A stretch of DNA of 64,000 nt. It comes from Lobosporangium transversale. Lineage: Eukaryota. The translations under genes and the position numbers were made by a program. Position 1 is the first letter of the stretch, and each line of letters starts with the position of its first letter. Shown one piece after another: positions 53,653 to 64,000 of this stretch. The notes under the pieces were generated by a model. It saw only the letters and a list, made by a program, of their open reading frames with translations. It ran no database searches and was not told the origin of the DNA. The stretch is taken from positions 62,001 through 126,000 of the forward strand of contig NW_019028989.1 of assembly GCF_002105155.1 (NCBI RefSeq), read 5' to 3'.

Positions 53653-55433
53653 TAGGCCCTCCATGTCTCATGTTAGCTGTTCATGTGAGTGACTTTTTTA
53701 TTTTTTATTTTCTTTTTCGTTCCTTCGTTATTACGCCAATCATAGCAAGAGTTACTCCATTTCTTGACAGGCATCCGAGTCCCTGGGCCCTCTTTAGGAG
53801 CAGCCTTTCCTAAGCCCGGCGAACCATGGTGACCAGCGTCAAAACCATAAAAACAAGAAAACCCAAGAAGACCCGAAAAACGAAAAACTAAACAAAACCA
53901 AAAACTCAAAAAACCCAATAATAATTATAAAGATAGTAGACAGGTCAATAACCAATACGTTCAGGAGCCTAGCTGCGTATGGTCCTCGAGATTTTCAAGG
54001 TAACTAAGATATCCAAGATATCCAAGATACTCGAGATACCTGTTTATTTAGAAAGTTAGATCGCAGAAAAATAAAAATAAAAATAAAAAAGTAAAATACT
54101 TTTTTAACATAAAAAAGCACACCTTGAAGCCAGATAAAAACGCATCTTTTCTGAATGTGCTCTCTGTTTACGAGCAACGGTCTAAGTATCTGAATCTTTG
54201 CTAAACAGAAATTTTTAAACATTATAAATGCAGGGATGGAGTAAAATTAAAAGATGTAGTGTTTTGTCGGGTAATGTAATCTATCCAAAGAGTCATGCCA
54301 GGAGGACCCGACAATATAGAAGTTAATTTCAAGGAGGAAAGTATTCTGGAGGTCGAAGAGCTGCTGTTGAAGAAGCAGAGGAGAAGTGATGATAGAAACG
54401 AAAATTGGACTTTTTTCCGTTCGTCGCTTGGTACTGAGCCCCCTTACTTCCTTTGGCACAGCTCCGCGCTCAGTGGGGCTATCGGCTTTTCCATGATCCC
54501 TGGAGTAGGATGCTGTGCAAAATCGAACGTGTATTTATGAATCCTGTGTTGCTGGGAGGGGGTTTCCCTTCCAGAATAATTATGCACTTAACTATAAGCA
54601 AATGGAACCAGGGACTAGGGGATATTGAGGAAAGGAAGAAAAGTAGAGCATGATCCTGCATTTGAGGAGAGTGTAAAGGGGCGGATGGGCCTGTGAGTAG
54701 GACCGAGGATCTTTCCAGACATTCATAGAATTATCGGCGCCAAACAAAGGTGTTAATAATCAAAAATGGATTTTTTATTTTCCCCGGCTAGTGACGCAGA
54801 TAGCCATGGTGGAAATATAAAATGATGGGAACGTTTATTTAGATATTAAAGACTCTCGATTGTCAATTACCAATCATCGGTTTATGACATTGGTTTCATT
54901 AAAGAATAATTGTACTTTGTAGCTCTTGGGAAAAGAAACACTTATTCATATCTGTATGTGTATACGCTTAAAGCTTACAGAGTTGCTTAGCAACAGTAAA
55001 CAGTTTATGTAATTTTCTGATTGCTTTCTTTATAAAAGTTGTCCTATCTAAATAATTGGCCATTCCTCTTTGATATCTAACAGAGGTTTCACAACTAGGG
55101 TTCCTGGCTCCTTTGAAACATTTGTTTCCACACTCACAGGTTTGTCTAGTTGACATCGCCTCTCATCTGAAAGGCGTGAAAGGCCAATATGTTATTGTAA
55201 CTCATTCATTTATTTATTTTGGGAGATCTCCCCTTGTCTTTATTTGTTGGTACAGGATGTTAGGTGCGTAATAATTGAGATAAAAATTATAATAATTAAT
55301 ATTTACATTCGCGCCATCAAGCATGATGTTTAACCTCTTCGCTGACAGAAGAGTATGGCTATGATTAGACCAGAAGATGAAATGGTCTCGACGTTCCTTT
55401 TTTTTTTTTTTTTTTTTTTGTTCGGCATTTTAC

Positions 55434-56030
55434 TCAGATATCTCCATTTTTTGTCATAGACTTTCCCTGCCCTTGACAGGTCATTATTGTGAAGCCATCA
55501 TGACCTCTAGTGCTGTTGGCGCTTGGAGTTCTCCTATAAGGTTCCAACCGTCTGGAGGCTCTCGCTGCCTTGTTATTCCTCGGTGATTTGCCATTGTCGC
55601 CATTACTGCTATTTCTTTTGCTGCTGCTGCCGTTGTTGTCGCTTTCGTAGTACTTGAGGCTACTGAGGCTATACCTATCTTGGGTAGCATTGAGCCGCTC
55701 AGTATACTGGTGAAGTGAATCTTTATATGAATGTAACAATAAAAGTCTTGATGTTTCTTCAGAGAACTTCGAATATGGACCATATAGACGAGCGACCTCG
55801 GCAAAGGCTTCGAACCGGGCTTTCAGAAATATGCTTTTTTTGCATGAGGCACTGCCTGATAAAGCGATAGGGCATATGACATCTTTAAGGTCCACTGATG
55901 GAGTGGGACGAGAAGGTGAAGGACCGGTAATTGACGATCGCAAGGATGAATGTCTCGAAATATAGCTTCTATAGTTATAAGAAGCATATGGACCCGTTGG
56001 TAGAGATCGAGTAGTGGTAGCGGTAGCGGT

Positions 56031-56070
<40 letters not shown>

Positions 56071-56306
56071 ACAGTAAAAGCAGTGGTAGAAATGCTCAGC
56101 TGGGCTAATGACTGTAGCAGATCGTCCTTATGAGATCTAGGACCAGAACGAGTTATTATGTCATTGAGATGAGAACCATTGAGGGGTATCTGCTCTAGGT
56201 TCTTGTCTGGGTTTGCAACGAGCACTTGGCCATGTTCTTCTGATAGATCTGGTAGACATATCCGCATCTGCTCTAACTTTTGCAATATCTCTTGTGGTAA
56301 GGCCAT
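55434..56306 (-). CDS. Hypothetical protein
   Basis: Open frame from MALPQEILQKLEQM (ATG 56306) with a (PA)n repeat. No family recognised; the 3' end may be spliced. Confidence 0.55.
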
Positions 56307-56670
56307 TTTAAGACCCGAATTGATCTGTAGAATTTTACTGAAAAGGCTCGAAGCGTTGAACCTTATGAACAATGAACTGAGAATGAGAATGTGAACGCGA
56401 ATGTAAATGCGAATGCGAATGAGGACTAAAAAAAAAGAAAGAAAGGTGTCTTCATCGAAGAGACGCATAATCGCATAATTTTTTTTGTGTATCTGTGCAC
56501 CGCACCTTGGTGCCTTTGACGGTACAACACGAGATCACAGAGACGCGATTTTGTTTCTCAATTTCTGGCCAATTGTATACCACAAAACTAAAAAAGTTCA
56601 CACAGGCCAATATGATGTGTTTTATTAACTGTTTGCCTTGGAAAAAAAAAAAAAAAAAAAAAAAAAATTG

Positions 56671-58536
56671 CTACTGGTTATTGACAAGCTCCTCATTAAA
56701 CGAAGAATAGATTATGGCTGAGAACGCTTGTAGCTCCTTGACCATCGAGAGACTTTCGACATACTCGTTTGGAACTCCATTGATGATCAGGTGCACTTGT
56801 CTCGTCACTACTGAAAGTAAAGATGCCAGAGGTATAGCATCTCCCTGAGTCTCTGGGATAGGTAAAGGAGCATTCCCAGCACCGGCATCGGCGGGCATTG
56901 AGAGGAGAGAAGGATTAAATGTCGGCTGTAGCGCAAAGTTGAAACGTGCAAAAATACTCGCTAATGAGGCTTTGAGGACAGTTGTAAAATCCTGACTGTC
57001 AATAAAGTCCCTTGTCTCGTCAAGTAAATTGCGAAGTGTAGAGTCAATGATAAGATCAAACAGATCAACACCCCCTGCTTTTAAAGCTTCACGCTCTTCT
57101 CTTGCGTTATCTGGCAGTATATATTCACGCATACTAGATGGATGCAAGCATCAGCCAAAAAAGAAAAAAAAATTAGCCTTTGTCGAATATACTTCAATAA
57201 CAATAAAAACGATAAGGTCCCCATTTCCTTACTTGACAAATGTACGCATGCCGTTCATGTCTACATATTCAAGTCGAGTGCGAATCTCTTCAAACAGATC
57301 AGTGAACTCTTTGGCCGTGAAGGTTTTCTTTAGGGAGATACTACCAAATCGCAGTAAATTCTCAAATCAGTATTGGCAGTCAGAAAGATGACAAAAATAG
57401 CTTAGAACTTAGGCCACTCACCCTCCAATAACGTCCTCAACAACTTCACGGACCCTCTCACTCCATCGCCGCCAGCCTTCGTGCAATAGCCAATAGCTGA
57501 ATGTGAGATATTTCTTTTCTGTTTGAAAATCCAAGAGTCCATTGGTTGAAGTCAAGGAGCCCTTGGTAGATGGGGTCTCGACCCTGTACGACTGATCTGT
57601 CGTACCAGAGAGCGCCACTACGGAAGATACATAAGTGAATCTACCCAGGAGGTTGAGCTGAACTTGCGTAAGCAATGTTAGGAATGTGACTGAATATAAT
57701 GCGGTGATTGTACGTGTGAAGCTCATAACTTTAAGTTCATTCCAGAGTTCTCGCTTCGCACGGCGTTCGATAGCGGCGGAATTGTCGTCTTGTTCACGAT
57801 CCTGGATATTAATTCCTGGCATAGATTCACTGGCTATGGTGTTCTCCTGTGTAAGGCCATCGCCCGCCTCTGATGGTGTCCTGTTGTCGTCAGGAGTGAC
57901 CCCGCTAGTTGTTGCTATGTTGCGTGCATCAGTCTCCGCCCTTTCAGCGGCATCGTTTTGTTCTTTGTCTTTAACATCTTGGGAGTTTTGATCGGAACCA
58001 TCGGCTATAAATGGTCCTGGCATTGCTGTTACGGCTCTAGTATCTTCTTCACTATTATTTGGTGGCCTGGGTAGTAAGGGCATATTATTGGAAGTGGATA
58101 AGGGCATCGATCGCTGAGATCTGGATTGTTGTAGCCTGGAAGCAATCAATTCTACATTGAGTTCATGCAAAAGCTGATCACCTAAAATCGGAAGGAGGGA
58201 AAGCACGGTGAAGACACAGTCCTGTTGATTTTGTTGGAACCGACGCTTCATGCTACGGTAGATATTAGACATAGTTTGAGCAAAAGATCCATATATTTAT
58301 CAATTACAATTCCTGGTAAAGAGAACATTTGCCCCAAATACAAATCGCCCGATAAAAGAGTTGCAAGAGGAGGCCTACTTTTCATTAGCAGTTCGTTCTG
58401 AAGCACTCTTCTCATGGAATTCGATGAGCTTACTCTTGGCATACTTGCCCATGAGATAGATACCACCAGTGATTCCGGCAGTAATCATCAGACTACGGCG
58501 GTTTCTGCTTGCGAAGCCCTGAACAGCAGAAATCAT
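56671..58536 (-). CDS. PEX3: Peroxisomal biogenesis factor 3, 4 exons
   Basis: N-terminal basic plus TM segment RNRRSLMITAGITGGIY, KRRFQQNQQDC, KRELWNELK...FTR, QLNLLGR, ETRDFIDS and FSAIIYSSF. Confidence 0.95.
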
Positions 58537-59014
58537 TTAGAAGGAATATTTGATGTATGTTACTAGGTTACGAATGGGTGAATGAAGAAAGAATTGAGGA
58601 TTGAATGTAAGCAAGAATTAAATGAATGGTGGGAACAATGAAAGAAGAGAAGTAGAGAGGAAGGAAAAGAGGGAGAGAGAATAGAAGGAGACAACAAAAG
58701 CAACAAAAGGAGACAAAAGAGACAAAGAGCTGTTTCTTTGGCTCGATTGGTTTTGTGGGCAACATACATGTAAATATTTGCTTTTGTTTTTGTGGAATGT
58801 CAGCTGCTTTTCATTAAAAGAAAGTTTCTTCATGAGCGCGACCTGCATTCACGCGTCATTAGATTCAATCATTACGTGACAGCGCGTTTTTCATGCTTGC
58901 ACCAAGCATTTTACCTTCATTCTTTTTCTTCATTCTTCTTACTTTTTTAACCTTCCTCTCTTTTTCTCTCCACTCTATACACACACATAAAAACAAAGAA
59001 AAACACCATCAACC

Positions 59015-60052
59015 ATGTCTCTTCTTCGTCTTGCTGCCCGCCCTGCTGCTCGTCTGCGCCTTGTTGCTGCTCCCCTCTCCACTGGTGTGCGCCACCTCTC
59101 CTTCAAACCTATCTACGTAGCTGAGTCCACCGTAAAAGGCGCCAGGTAATGTTTTTCAGACAGAAGCTAGTAGGAAAATAGAAGCAATCCCAAATATCAT
59201 CACCAATGATCGATCACAACAAATCTCATTCCATTGTGGGAGTTACTCTTTCGGATCTCTCTTTTCCCCCATGCAGATGTGTTATTTATTTTTTTCTCAC
59301 GATAGCATGTATACGTGAGAGTGATGATTGAGGTTCAATGATGTATCTTTCTCTTACAACTATACTGCCTTAACGCCATAGCCGTTTTGCTCTTATCTGA
59401 CCCAACTCTCATTTCCATCCTCGCTTTCTTGCTCATTCTTCTCTCTTTCTCTTTTTTCCTCCTCTTCCATAAAATATAGAGATGGACGTCTCACGACCAA
59501 GACAGGAAACCTGGACTTGAAGTTAGATTTGCCTAAGGAGTTTGGCACCAAAGGTAATAAATATTCTTCAAACTGATGTCTGCATGCCATATTTTGTCCT
59601 AGAGAGTGAGGGGAACGCCACTTCTGTCTTTTTTTTTTTTTATTATTTATTTTAATTATTGCTCATTTTCAGCCCCGGCACTTGGATGACATTTTAATGG
59701 GACACAAGGAACTAAATTAGAATCTGACATAATAAAAAATTTTACTTCTCTAGGCGGACCAGGCACTAACCCCGAGGAACTTCTCGGAGGCGCTTATGCT
59801 GCTTGCTTTGGCGGTGCTCTTGCTGCAGCTGCCAGGGAGCTCAAGATCAAATTGCCCGCCGATACCACGATCACTTCATTTGTCAGCGTCGGACCGAAGC
59901 AGCCAAAGGGGTTCCAGCTCGCTGTGGAACTGAGAGTTGCTAACACTGGACTCGAGGGTGAGCAATTCGAGAAGGCGATTGACGTTGCTCACCAGATCTG
60001 CCCCTTCAGCCATGCCCTCAAGAACATTGAAGTCAAGACCGTCAAGGCTTAA
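59015..60052 (+). CDS. ohr: Organic hydroperoxide resistance (Ohr) peroxidase with a mitochondrial-type presequence, 3 exons
   Basis: Spliced sequence contains KGAR/DG, TNPEELLGGAYAACF and AHQICPFS. N-terminus MSLLRLAARPAARLRL is Arg-rich and lacks acidic residues. Confidence 0.92.
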
Positions 60053-60600
60053 AGGAATAGAAGACAAAGATAAATAAATAAACAAACAACAGATGTCTTC
60101 TGCTGTCAAGGATGAACATAAAGGATTCTTATCTTTATTGATGAGTTGTTGGGTGCGATATTAGATCAATGTAATGTGTAAAAGAAAGAAGTCAGAAGTT
60201 CTTGCCCTCATCAGCTTTTTAATTCCTTTGACACGCTTCATCAAGCTTCGTCCGCTCTAGCCTTGTTTTGAATGATGACATGAACAACCTCAGGAAGATG
60301 CTCTCATATCATGTCAGTCATGGGTATTACTGAGGTATAAACAGATCGAATAGGAACCTTTTAAAAACATCATATACGACGCTTCACATAAAAAAGACCT
60401 CCCATAAATATATATATAAAGTTCGCTCTGATCCCAGTCGGTCGTAAATCCATATCAGTGTGTGAGATGATGTTTTGAAACTCTGATCAAGTGCTGGTGG
60501 CTTTTCAAATAAAAAAAAAAAAAAAAAAAAAAACCTCTCACTAACACCTTTCCACACTCAACCTTAATCCTTTCATTCATAATATTAACACATTCAAAGA

Positions 60601-61260
60601 ATGGCATCAACAACTGACAGTTTGGCAGCCTCACCTGCGTTTACATTCTCTGCTTCCACATTTCAGAAATTACATCCAACAGAATATTTTCGTAAATTTA
60701 TTTCACAAGGTGTCCGCCCCGATGGACGCTTACTCGACAGCTTTCGTCCAACGACGGTTCATTATGGTGTGATCACTACAGCAAATGGTTCGGCCATGGT
60801 CCGTATCGGAGGAACAACCGTTGTCTGTGGTATCAAAGCAGAGGTTGCAGAACCCAAACTGGATAGCCCTGACCAAGGTTATCTCGGTAATAGAATTTTT
60901 TTCAAACACTGGCCACTTCCTCAATTCTTCTACTGCAAATGATACAAATATTGATCTTTTTTTATTTATTTTTATTTACTTTTATTTTTTTTGTTGGCTT
61001 ATTTTAGTACCAAATGTCGATCTGTCCCCAATTTGTTCAAGCGCCTTCAGACCAGGATCTCCTAGTGAACAAGCGCAGGTCGTGTCAGAAGCCATACATC
61101 GTGTCTTGAAGGAGAGTAAAGTCTTGGATTTAAAAGATCTCTGTATTGAAGAGGCAAAAGCTGTTTGGGCGTTATGGATTGATGTCGTTTGTGTCAGTTA
61201 TGATGGAAACATATACGATGCTGCCTTGATCTCTGTTATGGCTGCACTTTTAAATGGTAT

Positions 61261-61292
<32 letters not shown>

Positions 61293-61720
61293 TATGACGC
61301 TTATTATTAAGTTTATTATTATTATTTTTTTTTTTAATGTACCATTTTAAATGATATACTTTTTTCTTTTTCTAATATGTAGTCCGCATTCGCAAGCCAA
61401 CATACGATGAAGGCATAGTCAAAGTACCAGGAGGCGAAGCAATTAATGATGAAAATTCCTTCAAATTGAACTTGACAAGGATACCACTCAGCACATCGTT
61501 TGTTCTTTTTGACACCGATTTAACATTGTTAGCCGATCCCAATTTTGCAGAAGAGTCAATTACACAGGGTCAAATTTCAGTAACGATTGATGAGCATGGT
61601 CGACTTTGTAGAATTTCTAAAGTCGGTGCCGCTTCAACTTCACAATCATTGTTGAAACAATGTATTGAACGGGCGAAAATACGTAGTCATGAACTTAGAT
61701 CCATCATGAATCAACAATAA
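60601..61720 (+). CDS. RRP43: Exosome complex RNase PH-like subunit Rrp43, 3 exons
   Basis: FQKLHPTEYFRKF...RPDGR, GSAMVRIGGTTVVCGIKAEV, VPNVDLSPICS and YDGNIYDA. Confidence 0.93.
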
Positions 61721-61862
61721 CTTGTATAACCATTATAAAGATAGGGGGAAAAAAAAGTGTGTGTATATTATAAACATGCGATCGAGAGGGAAAAAACAAA
61801 GATAAGAAGTGGGTGATATAGTGGCATTATGTCGGATGATGCTTATGAGGAGAGAAAAAAGA

Positions 61863-63376
61863 TTAATCAGACTGAAGGGTGGCCTGCAGTGCTCGCTTGA
61901 CCTGAGCACACTTGTCCATGAGCACCTGCACTGCTTGAACTAACAGATCCTGAGGCTCAATTGATCCAACAGATTCGATAGTAACTAAAATAATGGAAAG
62001 CAAGATCATAACATATTTTTTTTAATTAAAATAATCCAGCTTATTACAATACCACAAAAAAAAAAAAAAAAAAAAAAAAAAATCAACGTCATGCAGGCTT
62101 TTCATCAACTTACAGATAAAGTGATCCCGGACACGAGTCAGCTTGACCTTGTTTTCAAATTCAGGGTAGCGAAGCACTTCTCTTGAAACAGTATCCTTCC
62201 TTGGATTGACAACCTTTGCTTTCTTAACACCATTCTCCTCCACAATGTCAACAACACCTTCAGGGAAACACGACTGGAATTTAACAGCGTCTTCTCCTAC
62301 GATCTCTCCGTTGATCAAAATCTCTGGAAGCAGACGGTAGGTCGCTGTGGCCACAGGAGACCATTTTGCATGATCCTGTCCTATTCCCTTTTCACAGTGC
62401 ACTTCTACATCGATCTCCTGACCCGGTCGCAGCTTTGCAATAACAATATCATCATAGACAGGTTTAATAGGGCAGTCCTTGAATTTCTCTGCTTGATCTC
62501 CTTTGGGATCCCAGATCAGATCTCCAGAATATACAGTTGAATGAATATATTTCTTCAGAGGATCTGTCTCTGTAGCAGATGCGTTGGGATTACGTTTGCA
62601 ACGAATGTTCAACCGGAGGACAATAGTGTTGATATCTGTTGATGTCTCTTCCTTGGCTTTAAAATCAAACTTTGTAGGATCTGCCAAGATGGGAATCAAT
62701 CCCAACCGGTGTGCCAGAACCTCATCCACGACAACTGAAGTGTTGTTCATCACAAAGACTTGAGAGATCGCCATGGTTGGGACTTCCGCAATGAGGATAC
62801 GTCTGAAAGCATTGGCGATCGCTGCATCAATCCCGACCATATCAAACTCGATTTCATTCTTTGAAAGACGGTTGATTTTGACCTTGAAGTTCTGTTGTTG
62901 TAATTTTTGTTTTTTGTTTTTTGGTTGGTATCCGTTTAGAGTTGATAGTGCAGACAAAAAGTTCAAACCGACAAAACTTGTTGGGTCAGTGACTCGAAGC
63001 AATTAGCTATTAACACATGACCTCTCCCTCTGGTCATGACCACAACTTTCTTTACCTCTTTGAACTTTTCTAAATCAAACGCCAAATCAAGGCCTGGATA
63101 ATTATGGGGATAATCTGTCGAAGCAGTCTAAAAGTAAGGAAAAGTTTTTTTTAGCAATATTGGTAAGCGTGCTAGTTTGCGTTGTCTTTGCGTCCCGGAT
63201 ATATATATATTTTTTCCTTTATTTGCAAACCGCTGTATATCCAAGCTGCATGCTTTTATTAGTTTATAAAAAAAAGAAAAAAAAAAACATACACTAGTAA
63301 CACGGTCTCGCTCTACAATGACACGAGAGCGTAGTGTCTCTATATCATTATGCTTGAAGTCTTTCTGTGTGACCAT
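61863..63376 (-). CDS. RPC40: RNA polymerase I/III shared subunit AC40, multi-exon
   Basis: IANAFRRILIAEVPTMAI, DEVLAHRLGLIP, KLRPGQ, GIGQDHAKWSPVATATYRLLP and RDHFI. Confidence 0.97.
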
Positions 63377-63733
63377 GGTTGAGAATGTAAAGCTCTTTGC
63401 TGTAACTGAAGGAAGTAATGTCAAGTTTGAATGAAAAGAGTGTAAGGAATACTTTTTTTTTTTTTTTTTTTTTTTTTTTGTTTACTAAATCTATGAGGCT
63501 TAGCACGACTGCTGGCCCAGCATTTACTCTCACGCTGTGATTTGGATTTGGCTCTGTGTGTTGTTCTGGCTTCTGTGATGGCAAGTAGGACGCTTCCCAA
63601 CAATTTTACTGTGGTATACGTGTTATTATTTATGATAAATGATTAGATATAGTAATTAGGCGGTATTAACATGAAGAGAAGAAGAAAGAAATACAGTGAT
63701 GTATACTACTATTACATGTACATTGCTAGATTA

Positions 63734-64000
63734 CTACATGATAAGGCATGACTGATCGGAATCCGTCCAATGGCGGCCTGTAATGGCCTCCATCTCCTCC
63801 ATAGCTTGTTCACGGCCCGATTCCTTGCGCTTCTCTTTGATCTCTTTCGGGAAATATAGCTCCATAAAGCTCATCAGTGAAGTATCCAAATTACTGGCAT
63901 CCGCATCTAGCACAGTGTTGGGTCCACGACAAATAGGGCAATGAATCATCTTCTTGCGTTGCGCTTTGATCAAGCAACGGACACAGAACACATGTTGGCA
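63734..64000 (-). CDS. C-terminus of a RING E3 ligase (probably the fungal SPX-RING type); 5' part is outside the window
   Basis: CQHVFCVRCLIK...CPICR...ADASNLD...FMELYFPKEIKEK. Confidence 0.8.
   Translation of the reverse strand, partial: CQHVFCVRCLIKAQRKKMIHCPICRGPNTVLDADASNLDTSLMSFMELYFPKEIKEKRKESGREQAMEEMEAITGRHWTDSDQSCLIM

Noticed and set aside
53673..55160. Short ORFs and a small AAGATATCC repeat right of piggyBac
   Set aside because: No family motif or terminal repeats identified.
60272..60333. Possible box C/D snoRNA (ATGATGA...CTGA) between ohr and RRP43
   Set aside because: Short, with no clear terminal stem, and I could not match a guide to rRNA. It would need a snoscan or Infernal search.

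Overview
Eukaryotic, intron-containing fungal DNA with very long poly-A/T tracts. Its style suggests an early-diverging fungus, possibly Mortierellaceae; this is an inference from gene style only. Most of the window is housekeeping genes: FIP1, a bestrophin-like channel, LTO1, a Whi5/Nrm1-like protein, a DUF2828 vWA protein, an FN3/coiled-coil protein, cysteine synthase, DUF1769, BRO1, ERG20, an S8 subtilase, PEX3, Ohr, RRP43, RPC40 and a RING E3 C-terminus. Accessory material is interspersed. It comprises a decayed origin-binding helicase fragment (~2.3-3.0 kb), a decayed Fanzor/TnpB C-terminus (~17.8 kb) and a TIR-to-TIR piggyBac with non-TTAA junctions (51.2-53.7 kb). The most striking part is a truncated Rif1-like gene followed on the same strand and frame by an open ~680-codon Dicer-derived ORF whose RNase III signatures are degenerate (44.1-49.5 kb). 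All family calls come from motif recognition by eye, not database searches. Multi-exon spans are approximate.
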